Below are positions 25,451-34,407 of a stretch of 64,000 bases of DNA, in pieces. Made by a program: the position numbers and the translations under genes. Each line of letters opens with the position of its first letter. The stretch's first letter is position 1. The stretch comes from Desulfurococcales archaeon (lineage in GTDB: Archaea > Thermoproteota > Thermoprotei_A > Sulfolobales > NBVN01), in assembly GCA_015521325.1 (NCBI GenBank), contig WAOK01000002.1:901-64900 (forward strand). Direction: 5' to 3'. The notes beneath the pieces are model-generated. The model worked only from the letters and a program-made list of their open reading frames with translations, made no database searches and was not told the DNA's origin.

Positions 25451-26953
25451 ATGATGGGGAAGAACGACAGGATCGTCCTCCCCGAGAGGGTCTACCGCGT
25501 ATTCGAGGTACTTCTCGGGCTCGGGGGACGGGCTCCCACAGAGGAACTAGCCCGCTCCCTGGGAAGGAAGGTAAGTGATATACAGAGGGACCTAGCAGAA
25601 CTAGAGAGGCTCGGCCTCATTAAGGTGATCAAGGAGGTGTCAAAGAGGCCCGAGCTAACCCCGGAAGGTGTGGAAGCCCTAGAGAACGGGCTGCCCGAGG
25701 TTAGGGTGCTTAACGCCCTCGACGCGCTGGGCGGGGAGGCACCGATCAGCGAGCTGGTGAGGGAGTCAGGAATCGATGACAAGGAGCTAAAAGCAGCACT
25801 GGGTAGGTTGAGGAGGGCTGGACTAGTAGAGATCCGGGGTGGTGTTGTCAGGCTGATTGAGACTGATCGAACCCACTTCCTTGAGTCAGTTTCAGAGATT
25901 ATCAAAGGGCTGAAGGAGGTTGCCGAGGGGAGGTACCCGCCCATATTCGGAGAGCTAAAGAAGAGGAGGCTGGTAAGGGAGGTCGTCAGCAAGACTCAGG
26001 TCGTTGAGGTTACCGAGAAGGGTGCCTTGGCGTGGAAGGAAAACAGAGTTATGATGGCTAGGGTCATCACTGCCCTCACCCCAGAAATAATTAAGTCGGG
26101 TGAGTGGAAGGGGGCGGAGTTCAAGGAGTTCGATCTCAGCATCGATGTACCGACCATATACCCCGTAAGAAAGCACCCCTATGTCTACTTCCTCCAGCGT
26201 GTTAGGGAGATACTCGTTGGGATGGGGTTCGTGGAGGTCAAGGGCCCGCACATAGAGTCGGAGCTCCTCAACTTCGACGCTCTCTTCGTGCCCCAGTACC
26301 ACCCAGCGAGGAGGGGAACCGACGTCTACTTTGTTAAGGGGTTGCCGAGGCTCGAGGGCGTGAGCCGTGAACTAATCGAGAGGGTGAGAGAGGTTCATGA
26401 GAGGGGCTGGAGGTACAGGTGGTCCCCGGAGAGGGCGCTGAGGCTCGTTCTCAGGACACATACAACGCCTGTATCCGTGAGGACAATGATGGAGCGGGGG
26501 GAGGGCGAGTACAGAGTATTCTCGCTTGATAGGGTCTTCAGGCCTGACACTCCTGACCCAACGCACCTCATGGAGTTCCACCAGCTCGAGGGCATAATCG
26601 TTGGGAGAAGGGTCACGTTCAGGCACCTCCTAGGGTTCTTCACGGAGCTAGCTAAGGAGCTAGAGCTTGGGGATGTGATGTTCAGGCCTGCGTATTTCCC
26701 GTTCACCGAGCCCTCAGTCGAGGGCTACATAAAGCACCCTAAGCTCGGCTGGATAGAGGTCTTCCCGGGAGGCATGTTCAGGCCTGAGGTCATCAAGGCG
26801 GCCGGCTTAAGCGGCGTGAACGTCGCTGCCTGGGGCATCGGGATCGATCGCATTGCAATGCTTGTCCTCGGGATCAACGACATACGCGATCTCTACACGA
26901 ATAATATCATTAAGATAAGGTCCGTACCCTACCCAAAGGAGGTGATGAGGTAG
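25451..26953 (+). CDS. pheS: phenylalanine--tRNA ligase alpha subunit (archaeal type)
   Basis: Class II aaRS motifs in a PheS context (FVPQYHPARR, RTHTTPVS, FRPD..DPTHL.EFHQLEG, GIGIDRIAML). Winged-helix repeats at the N-terminus. Confidence 0.9.
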   Translation: MMGKNDRIVLPERVYRVFEVLLGLGGRAPTEELARSLGRKVSDIQRDLAELERLGLIKVIKEVSKRPELTPEGVEALENGLPEVRVLNALDALGGEAPISELVRESGIDDKELKAALGRLRRAGLVEIRGGVVRLIETDRTHFLESVSEIIKGLKEVAEGRYPPIFGELKKRRLVREVVSKTQVVEVTEKGALAWKENRVMMARVITALTPEIIKSGEWKGAEFKEFDLSIDVPTIYPVRKHPYVYFLQRVREILVGMGFVEVKGPHIESELLNFDALFVPQYHPARRGTDVYFVKGLPRLEGVSRELIERVREVHERGWRYRWSPERALRLVLRTHTTPVSVRTMMERGEGEYRVFSLDRVFRPDTPDPTHLMEFHQLEGIIVGRRVTFRHLLGFFTELAKELELGDVMFRPAYFPFTEPSVEGYIKHPKLGWIEVFPGGMFRPEVIKAAGLSGVNVAAWGIGIDRIAMLVLGINDIRDLYTNNIIKIRSVPYPKEVMR

Positions 26954-28632
26954 TGCCCGTAGTCGAGGTGCAGCTCTGGGACGTGGCCAGAGTAGCTGAC
27001 ACGGACATGTCGCTGGATGAGATCGAGCAAGTGCTGACCGTGCTGAAGGCTGAGGTGGAGGAGGTAAGCGATGACACCCTCACCTACGAGGCGAGTCATG
27101 ACAGGCCCGACCTCTACTCCGCTGAAGGCCTCGGCAGGGCTGCAGCCATTTATTTAGGGAAGAGGAGGAGGCAGGGACGCTATGATGTAAGAGGGCCCGT
27201 AACCGAGCTGGATATTTCTTCGGCCCCTAAGTACAGACCATACGCTTTCCTAGCGATTGTTAGGGGCGTGAGGCTCGACGACGAAGCGATAAGGCAGCTC
27301 TTCCAGCTACAGGAGAAGCTCCATCTCAGCCACTGCGGCGACAGGGCACTCGTCTCCATAGGTCTTTACGACCTCGACAAGCTGAGGCCACCGTTCAGGT
27401 ATGTGGCTGTTGAGGATGCCGAGTTCGTGCCACTGGGCTACGACACCCCGATGAGCCTCAGTGAGGTACTTGAGAAAACTGAGAAAGGTGTCAAGTACGC
27501 TCACTTAGTGAAGAGGGGTGAGTACCCGCTCCTCGTGGACTCCTCGGGCGAGGTCATGTCTTTCCCGCCCATACTGAACTCGGAGGAGAACAAGGTTACT
27601 GAGGAGACGAGGAACGTACTCATAGACGTAACTGGTACGGAACCCTGGCTCATGCTGAAGGTACTCAACATAGTCACTACCTCAGTGCTGGAGAGGGGGT
27701 ACGGGGAGGCTGTTGTTGAGTCCGTGAAGATCGTGGGCGCTGAAGGAGCACCCGAAGTAACGCCTGACCTTAGGGGGACGGTCTTGAGGGTAGGGCTGAG
27801 CGACGTTAACGACCTGATCGGATGGGTTGGGAGCACTGATGACGTAAGGGTTGTGTTGGAGAGGATGGGTTACTCCGTGGAAGAGGTAACTAGGGACGTC
27901 GTGGTTGTGTGGGCGCCGCCGTGGAGGGCGGACGTGCTCTCATGGGTTGATGTCGCTGAAGACATAGCTGCTGGGTATGGGTACGGGAGGCTCAGGCCGG
28001 AGGCCCTGCCGCCCACCCACTGGGGTAGGGAACACCTGCTCGAGCGGGTGTCGTCGGTGTTACGGGACATCATGCTTGGCCTAGGGTTCAATGAGGTCGT
28101 CAACTACATGCTCATCGACGCCGGCCTCCTTAGGGAGCTTGGGTACGAGAGGTTCGTTGAGATAGAGAACCCCAAGATGGTAACGTATTCGGCGGTCAGG
28201 CCATCCCTCCTGCCCTCAATGATCTTGACCGTGAAGGAGAACACAGAGCTTACCCCTCCCCTGAAGGTGTTCGAGATCGGTGACGCCGTAGCGTTAGAAG
28301 ATAAGGAACCAATAACCTACAGGGGGTTGGGGTTTGCGATAGCGAACACGAAGCTAAGCTTGACTGACGGGCTCGTCATCGTGAAGGCTCTCTTCCGTGC
28401 TTTAGGTGCGGATGTCTCCCTCAGGCCTGGTGATGCACCACCAACCATAGCTGGTAGGACGGCCTCAATAATCGTTAACGATAAAGTTGTTGGGGCGGTC
28501 GGCGAGGTACACCCGAGAGTGCTGAACACTCTAGGAATTGAGTACCCCGTGGTCGCGGGGGAGTTAGTGCTCAATGATGTGGCGGAGGCCCTAGGCATTG
28601 GGGAGGCTCCAAAACTTAGCCCTAAGCCATAG
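26953..28632 (+). CDS. pheT: phenylalanine--tRNA ligase beta subunit (archaeal type)
   Basis: Starts on the pheS stop codon. B3/4 and B5-like layout (HDRPDLYSAEGLGRA, WRADVLSWVDVAEDIA). Confidence 0.9.
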   Translation: MPVVEVQLWDVARVADTDMSLDEIEQVLTVLKAEVEEVSDDTLTYEASHDRPDLYSAEGLGRAAAIYLGKRRRQGRYDVRGPVTELDISSAPKYRPYAFLAIVRGVRLDDEAIRQLFQLQEKLHLSHCGDRALVSIGLYDLDKLRPPFRYVAVEDAEFVPLGYDTPMSLSEVLEKTEKGVKYAHLVKRGEYPLLVDSSGEVMSFPPILNSEENKVTEETRNVLIDVTGTEPWLMLKVLNIVTTSVLERGYGEAVVESVKIVGAEGAPEVTPDLRGTVLRVGLSDVNDLIGWVGSTDDVRVVLERMGYSVEEVTRDVVVVWAPPWRADVLSWVDVAEDIAAGYGYGRLRPEALPPTHWGREHLLERVSSVLRDIMLGLGFNEVVNYMLIDAGLLRELGYERFVEIENPKMVTYSAVRPSLLPSMILTVKENTELTPPLKVFEIGDAVALEDKEPITYRGLGFAIANTKLSLTDGLVIVKALFRALGADVSLRPGDAPPTIAGRTASIIVNDKVVGAVGEVHPRVLNTLGIEYPVVAGELVLNDVAEALGIGEAPKLSPKP

Positions 28633-29668
28633 GTGCGTCTATGACCCCTCTCTCTTTTTCCGCTAGGCTAGCCACCTTCCTAAGAGATAAGCCCAGCGCC
28701 ATCGTCGAGGCAACAAAGATTGGGTACTCACCAACGATGAAGAGGGCCCTCGTCATTATGGCGAGGGCCGCCGAAGTATCCGGCGTTATCCCTAGCCACG
28801 TTGCCAGGAGAGTCTGCATGAGCTCATAGATACCGACACCGCCCGGGGTTATGGCTGGGAGCAGCCAGATTATTGTCTGTAGGGAATCGAAGACTATAAC
28901 AGCCTCCCATATCGGAATCCTAAGCCCGAGTATATCCGCAGTCGCAACACCGAATACTGCGTTGGAGAGCCTCTCCCCAAACGCCATTGCCAACGCGAGG
29001 ATCAGGTACTTCTTCGCGTTAAGAAGCCTCCGGAAGACCTCCCTATACCTAGTGGAGAATCCCTGGAGGTCGTGGCCGAACCTCTTACTCAAGCTGACGA
29101 TAAAGTGTTCTATTCTTGGGGAGGTGGGGGCTAGGAGTATAGCTGTGTTCGCGGCTAAGAGCCCTAAGGCCGGAATAACGAGTACCACCCACATGAGGGG
29201 TGGGGCACGGAGGATATACAGTGAGGCCACCGTCGCCGTCGTCACCGAACATGTGAGGAGGATCCTATGCATCGCGACCGCAGCGTAGGCCTCCTCAACG
29301 CTGGCGACACCGAACTCCTTAAGGAAATATATCTTCGCTACTTCAGTGATGCCCCCGACCGGCGCTATGAACTCAACGAATATAGACGCTGAGGTTATTT
29401 GTATAATTTTAATTAACCTCATTTCCCTCGAGAGAGCATAAAGAAGTACGAAGAAAGTGACCCCATGCATTATGAGTGCTGAGGCACGGAAGACCGCTGC
29501 AAAGGCTGCCGCTAGTGGATCACCTCGTGACACGATCTCCAAGAACTTACTTACTGAGCCTCGATAGATTACGAGGAATATCAGGGAATAGGACAGGAGC
29601 CCCGCCACGATAGCTGCGAGGATGTACTTCCTAACCCTACCCGGCAACCTATTCACCGCCGCCCTCAT
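28622..29668 (-). CDS. UPF0104 / lysylphosphatidylglycerol-synthase-TM-like (flippase-like) membrane protein
   Basis: Polytopic membrane protein with ITPGGVGIYE, the family's tPGGlGv.E motif. Confidence 0.6.
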   Translation of the reverse strand: MRAAVNRLPGRVRKYILAAIVAGLLSYSLIFLVIYRGSVSKFLEIVSRGDPLAAAFAAVFRASALIMHGVTFFVLLYALSREMRLIKIIQITSASIFVEFIAPVGGITEVAKIYFLKEFGVASVEEAYAAVAMHRILLTCSVTTATVASLYILRAPPLMWVVLVIPALGLLAANTAILLAPTSPRIEHFIVSLSKRFGHDLQGFSTRYREVFRRLLNAKKYLILALAMAFGERLSNAVFGVATADILGLRIPIWEAVIVFDSLQTIIWLLPAITPGGVGIYELMQTLLATWLGITPDTSAALAIMTRALFIVGEYPIFVASTMALGLSLRKVASLAEKERGVIDAPMA

Positions 29669-30869
29669 AGGTGAGGTCTAGAAGACTGGCTAAGAAGCGT
29701 AGGGAAGGTGTTACATCACCGTAAACTAGAACATAGTGGTTACCTATGGGCTTCCTCACTATCGTGGTGGGGTCGCCGTCAACCTTCACAATTACCTGCG
29801 TCCTGCATGCGTGCCTGCTGAACTGGTCTCCTTTGGCTATCCTTCCTCGGAAAGCCCTCACAACCTTCTTATTATGGTCGTACCTCGCCAGGGTGACCTC
29901 GAGGCCTACGGGGAGCTCACCCTGAACAGCAACCCCGTGCCCTGTCTCGTAGTGCGTGGTAAGGGAGTAGTTCGAGGTCATGGCCAGAGGAACTGTACAG
30001 TGTGCAAGCCACACATACTGGCCCTCAACTTTTAGTACGTTGCCCATGAACGCCGGCCTCTCACTCAGTAGCTTAAGGATGAGCATCGTGACGGTAGCCG
30101 GGAGATCGGCCTCGCACCCAGCCACGATTCCCTCGCTATTCAGTATCGCCAGCGGCAGGCAGGGTGTTACACCAAGATCCCTTATTACGTCGAAGCACCT
30201 AATAGTGAGGGCTGACCACCCACGTTCCTCAGCCATCGCTGACAGGGTCGCGTAAAGCCTCGATGCCTTGTCTATGTCGTGAGGCTTCACCGCCACCCCG
30301 GACGCACTCTTTACGATAGAATCTATCTTCGCTGGGACCGCGCCGCGGAACCTATCGTAAAGTTTCTCGAGGCCCACGACCTCGAGCTTCAGCCCTAGCT
30401 GCTTCTCGATCTGCTTGATGTTTCTCCCAGAGTAGACTAGCCAAGGAGATGGCTCGCCGAGAACGCCTATCTTGGCGCCTCTTAGGGTAGCGGCAGCTGT
30501 GACTGCAGCGACAGCGGCCTCAGCTACCGCCCGCGCCTTGCCGAGCATTGCGATGGATGCGACAACACCCTCGTCCTTCAAGTAGGAAAATGCCTCTAAG
30601 GCGGCTGGAAAGGAATTCATGGCATCATGGGCTATAAGAACCGCCGAGCCAGCCTCTCTTGCGATATCCACGACTACCCTCTCTGACCCGCCAGTAGCGA
30701 CTAATATCAGTGCCAGATCGCCCCCTATCCCGGAGCCGGGAGCTGTCACTTTCCCGACGTACTTTGTGTAGAGGCCTGAGACTTCTTTTAGGAACTCCGT
30801 AGCTACTTCCTCCACGGCTCTCTCGTCATGGATCGGTGAAGCCGCTGTGACAGCCACCACCTCGACCAA
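29649..30869 (-). CDS. hypothetical protein (weak resemblance to L-fucose/arabinose-isomerase-like COG2407 proteins)
   Basis: 406-aa ORF overlapping the downstream membrane gene by 20 nt. The family call is a by-eye impression of the C-terminal HCTVPL...TTHYETGHGVAVQGEL region only. Confidence 0.45.
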   Translation of the reverse strand: MVEVVAVTAASPIHDERAVEEVATEFLKEVSGLYTKYVGKVTAPGSGIGGDLALILVATGGSERVVVDIAREAGSAVLIAHDAMNSFPAALEAFSYLKDEGVVASIAMLGKARAVAEAAVAAVTAAATLRGAKIGVLGEPSPWLVYSGRNIKQIEKQLGLKLEVVGLEKLYDRFRGAVPAKIDSIVKSASGVAVKPHDIDKASRLYATLSAMAEERGWSALTIRCFDVIRDLGVTPCLPLAILNSEGIVAGCEADLPATVTMLILKLLSERPAFMGNVLKVEGQYVWLAHCTVPLAMTSNYSLTTHYETGHGVAVQGELPVGLEVTLARYDHNKKVVRAFRGRIAKGDQFSRHACRTQVIVKVDGDPTTIVRKPIGNHYVLVYGDVTPSLRFLASLLDLTYEGGGE

Positions 30870-30957
30870 AACAACAACCCTCTATGATTAGGGAGGCCCA
30901 TGTCTTAATTATCTAAGCCTAAGGCGTTACCGTATTATACGGTTCCCCTAAACTGAT

Positions 30958-31620
30958 TTGGTGCCCGAAGCCGTGATGCTCCGTAAAATAATGCATCACC
31001 CAAGAGGGGGTGATCCCCTCACGATCCTTAGTTCCCTCCTTAACTACTTGGGCGAGCCAGGTCAGACACTCATAATAGCCCAGGATAGTTCCCTCGACCC
31101 ACTCCCTGCGCTGTGGGGGAGCGGTATCAAGCACTTCCTCAGTTTGGAGGATCCGGTAAAGGCTGTTGAGCTAACTGGGCTCATCAACAACCCCGCCCTG
31201 GTCATCTTGGGTAATCAGTTCAGCGCACTCTTCAGCGGGGGACTGGATGGCGTGGATGCCGTATTCATTGAGAAGCTGTTCACCGGGTCATCGCCGGAGT
31301 ATCTGGAACTACTAGAGGACGTCTTCCCATCAATGCTTTCTGAATCCATCGCGAGGGTAGGTATAGACGCTGCATCCATTGAGTGCGTGGCGGCATCCCT
31401 CCCGAGTCAGAGGATTGCTCGGAGGCTCCCAAGATACCTCAAGAGCACTCCTCCCGAGGCGTTCACGTATGTTGAGGAGGCCAGGAAGTTGGGGCTTGGG
31501 TTAATGGACATGACTGCATACACCTTAGGTAAGTGCCTGGACAAGAACTCGGATAAGATACTGTTCATAGGCCTCAGTGAGTGGGGTCTCCTAATATCTC
31601 TTCCGAGGTGGTCGCGGTGA
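30958..31620 (+). CDS. hypothetical protein translationally coupled to thiolase (possible degenerate thiolase-fold half-domain)
   Basis: The stop overlaps the thiolase GTG (GTGA). The likely start is ATG 30976, downstream of GTATTATACGG. The C-terminal DKILFIGLSEWGLLISL is reminiscent of the ends of condensing enzymes. No catalytic Cys motif seen. Confidence 0.45.
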   Translation: MVPEAVMLRKIMHHPRGGDPLTILSSLLNYLGEPGQTLIIAQDSSLDPLPALWGSGIKHFLSLEDPVKAVELTGLINNPALVILGNQFSALFSGGLDGVDAVFIEKLFTGSSPEYLELLEDVFPSMLSESIARVGIDAASIECVAASLPSQRIARRLPRYLKSTPPEAFTYVEEARKLGLGLMDMTAYTLGKCLDKNSDKILFIGLSEWGLLISLPRWSR

Positions 31621-32756
31621 GGGTGGCGGTAGTAGGTGTCGGGATGACGAGGGTTGGGCGACTGGTCGGTAAGAGTATCCGTGACCTCGCTGCTGAGGCA
31701 GGGCTGAAGGCAGTGGAGGAGGTGGGATGGGAGCCGCCGGAGGCTATAGTAGTCGGTAACATGCTGTCATCTCTGTCGGAGCAGGAGAACCTCGGGGCCC
31801 TATTAGCTGACTACCTTGGATATAGGGGTGTGCCTGCATTCAAGGTTGAGGCCGCGTGCGGTTCCGGCGGCGCCGCCATCGCTGTGGGGTACTCACTCGT
31901 CAGGGCTGGGTTGAGGAGGGTTCTCGTGATCGGTGTTGAGAAGCTCACTGAGGCCCCGACCCCCGTAACGACTAGGAGGCTTGCTTGGGCGTCCGACGCT
32001 GACTACGAGCTCGTTCACGGCCCGAGCTTCGCGGGGCTCAACGCCCTGCTCATGAGGCACTACATGAGTAAGTACGGCGTGAGTAGGGAGGAGATGGGTT
32101 CGTGGGCTGTGCTGATGCACGAGAACGGGTATAGGAACCCGTACGCTCACATAAGGAAGAGGGTCGACCTCCAGACAGTGATTAATTCGCCTGTGATTGC
32201 TGACCCGATAAGGCTCTTCGATGCCTGCCCCATAAGCGACGGCGCCGCTGCCGTGTACCTTGCCGCGGAGGGAGAGGCTAGGAGGCTCAGCGACACACCC
32301 GTGTGGGTTGAGGCCGTAGCTAATGCCACTGACGCTGTGGATATTCTATCGAGGAAGTACCTCGACAGGTTGGAGGCGGCTATCAGGTCTGCGAGAGAGG
32401 CGTATAAACTGGCCGGAATCAAGCCAAAAGACGTTGATGTTGCTGAAGTACATGATGCCTACAGCATAACCGGCGTACTTGGTGTGGAGGCGATGGGCTT
32501 CGCTGAGATAGGTAGGGCGGCGAAGCTTGTTCACGAAGGGAGGTTCGCACCGGGCGATAAGCCGACAATTAACCCGTCAGGCGGGCTGAAGTCGAGGGGT
32601 CATCCCGTAGGGGCGACCGGTGTGTATCAGGTGGCCGAGGTGGTCATGCAGCTGAGGGGTGACTTCCCCGGCGTTAGGGTTGATGCCGAGGTGGGGGCTG
32701 CTCAGAACGTTGGTGGGGTCGGGTCTAATGTCACGACAACTATACTTAGGAGGTGA
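31617..32756 (+). CDS. acetyl-CoA C-acetyltransferase (archaeal SCP-x-type thiolase)
   Basis: The GTG start gives MRVAVVGVGMTRVG. Catalytic Cys context EAACGSGGAAI, and C-terminal GHPVGATG and NVGGVGSN motifs. Confidence 0.85.
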   Translation: MRVAVVGVGMTRVGRLVGKSIRDLAAEAGLKAVEEVGWEPPEAIVVGNMLSSLSEQENLGALLADYLGYRGVPAFKVEAACGSGGAAIAVGYSLVRAGLRRVLVIGVEKLTEAPTPVTTRRLAWASDADYELVHGPSFAGLNALLMRHYMSKYGVSREEMGSWAVLMHENGYRNPYAHIRKRVDLQTVINSPVIADPIRLFDACPISDGAAAVYLAAEGEARRLSDTPVWVEAVANATDAVDILSRKYLDRLEAAIRSAREAYKLAGIKPKDVDVAEVHDAYSITGVLGVEAMGFAEIGRAAKLVHEGRFAPGDKPTINPSGGLKSRGHPVGATGVYQVAEVVMQLRGDFPGVRVDAEVGAAQNVGGVGSNVTTTILRR

Positions 32757-32762
32757 TGTTGT

Positions 32763-33173
32763 GTGACATCGGTTCAGAGGCTATGGAGGAGGTCCCGTGA
32801 GTATCTGAGCCTTAAGGCCTTTAGGTGCCGAAGGTGCGGGGAGGTCATATACCCGCCTAAGAGGGCGTGCCCGTACTGCGGCTCCAGAGATCTCGTAGAG
32901 ATTACCTTACCAAGGAAGGGGAGGATCATTACTTACACCGTAATCAACGTACCTATAGAGGGCTTCTCAAAACCGACTATCATCGCCGTAGCTGAGCTGG
33001 GAGGAGCTAAGGTGATGGCTCAGGTGGTCGAGGGTGCTGAGCATCTAGTTGAGGATGCTGAGGTAGAGGTCGTGCTCGGTAAGGTCGGCAGAACCGTGGA
33101 GGGGCTGGAATACTATATGCCGGCTTTCAGGGTGGTGTCAGGCAAAGACCTTAAGGAGGGCGACACCGACTAG
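32763..33173 (+). CDS. DUF35 OB-fold/zinc-ribbon protein (thiolase/HMGCS scaffold)
   Basis: CRRCGEVIYPPKRACPYCGS rubredoxin-like ribbon followed by an OB-fold-length tail. Immediately downstream of the thiolase. Confidence 0.8.
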   Translation: MTSVQRLWRRSREYLSLKAFRCRRCGEVIYPPKRACPYCGSRDLVEITLPRKGRIITYTVINVPIEGFSKPTIIAVAELGGAKVMAQVVEGAEHLVEDAEVEVVLGKVGRTVEGLEYYMPAFRVVSGKDLKEGDTD

Positions 33174-33869
33174 GCCGACCGCGCTGACAAGCACGTTGTC
33201 GTCTATTGGGCCGAACTCGAAATGCTCTATTATGGATGCGGCGGCTGCGATGGGAATGCCCCAAGTCCCTATTAGGGCGTAGGCGGCTGGAGCGCTGACA
33301 GCGAACATTGCTATGTTCCCTATCCAGGATTTTGTCCTCCTTCGGAAGAGGAGGTTCCTAGTGAACCCGGTGGCGGCGTCCCCAAACGCCATGAAGGCTA
33401 TCGGTACCAGGGCATACACTGGGTCGCCGAGGAGTATCCAGGCCGTCGTGACCGATACTCCCCACATAATGCAGAAGTTCACCTCGTACATGTTTTCCGG
33501 AACCTGGAACCATTCCATAAGCCTCCCTGTCCTGTGCGGTAAATATGTCGTGATGGCTAGGATAGCTGCCATGGCGGCCGGTACGATCGGTGAGGTAAAG
33601 AACCTGGGCACGAGAAGAGCAACGGCTCCGCCGGCAAGTACATGTATTATTTTCCTGTTGTAGTAGACCGCTACGTTGTGGGGGTAACCCTTTGACCTCA
33701 TCACTCCGTAGATCGGTTTTGTGAGGTAGACAATCCCGAATACGTAGGCAAGAAAGACGGCGCCTATCAGGGCCTCCTTAGCCAGGACCGCAGTGTCCGG
33801 AATGAGCAAGTCTGGCACCGATAATTCTTCGATTGCATGGGTTATTGAGTTCTGTGACAGGTTTTTCAT
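33138..33869 (-). CDS. polyprenol/dolichol-kinase-like (CdsA-superfamily) membrane protein
   Basis: Polytopic membrane protein with a FGDAATGFTRN motif resembling the CTP-dependent kinase/cytidylyltransferase signature. Confidence 0.45.
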   Translation of the reverse strand: MKNLSQNSITHAIEELSVPDLLIPDTAVLAKEALIGAVFLAYVFGIVYLTKPIYGVMRSKGYPHNVAVYYNRKIIHVLAGGAVALLVPRFFTSPIVPAAMAAILAITTYLPHRTGRLMEWFQVPENMYEVNFCIMWGVSVTTAWILLGDPVYALVPIAFMAFGDAATGFTRNLLFRRRTKSWIGNIAMFAVSAPAAYALIGTWGIPIAAAASIIEHFEFGPIDDNVLVSAVGLVGVALLKVFA

Positions 33870-34339
33870 TGACCGGGACGAATAATAATTCAGGTGACCT
33901 TTTGAGTGCCGATCTGAGGGAGAGGCTCTCCCGCATTGTCTCGGAGCTTGAGGAGATAGCGCTTGATGAGGCGAGCGAGGTACACGCGTATAGGGAGATC
34001 TATGAGGTTCTGGAGGATGAGGAGGCTAGAGAAAAGATATTCACCATACTTTTTGACTCAATACTTCATAGAGAGATAGCTTGGGGCATTATCAGGGCTC
34101 TCAAGTGCGTGTCTTACCTACTCAATAAGCCAGTACCTACGAAAAAAGATAATGTAAAGGAGCTCCTTACGGAGGCCTCCAGCCTCGAAGACATTGCAGC
34201 GGCGAGATATCAGGACCTCGCAGACCTAGCTCCTCCAGGCACTACCCTTAGCCGACTCCTCAGGCTCCTTTCAGAGGAGGAGAGGAAACACGCTTCACTG
34301 GCTCTCGCTGTCTCGAAGAAGCTTGGAGGTAGTAACTGA
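33833..34339 (+). CDS. hypothetical helical protein (ferritin/rubrerythrin-like impression only)
   Basis: Acidic helical repeats (EEIALDEASEVHAYREIYE, LSEEERKHASLA). The real start is probably the TTG at 33902, avoiding the overlap with the divergent membrane gene. Confidence 0.4.
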   Translation: MHGLLSSVTGFSLTGTNNNSGDLLSADLRERLSRIVSELEEIALDEASEVHAYREIYEVLEDEEAREKIFTILFDSILHREIAWGIIRALKCVSYLLNKPVPTKKDNVKELLTEASSLEDIAAARYQDLADLAPPGTTLSRLLRLLSEEERKHASLALAVSKKLGGSN

Positions 34340-34407
34340 GTTTCTTCAGTGAGTGAGGCGATGGTAGAGAATATTATCCAGGCCTCGAAACCATGAAGGT
34401 GCGGTAG

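Noticed and set aside
30919-31134. 71-aa minus-strand ORF opposite the 5' part of the 220-aa thiolase-coupled ORF.
   Set aside because: It has no promoter-like AT island upstream (its start is inside the other gene) and no motif. The plus-strand ORF is supported by GTGA coupling to the thiolase.
30870-31620. Possibility that 30958..31620 is a frameshifted HMG-CoA synthase pseudogene.
   Set aside because: I could not find an N-terminal HMGCS-like segment (catalytic Cys context) in any frame of the 88-bp upstream gap or in the ORF itself. I therefore did not call a pseudogene and kept it as a finding to test.
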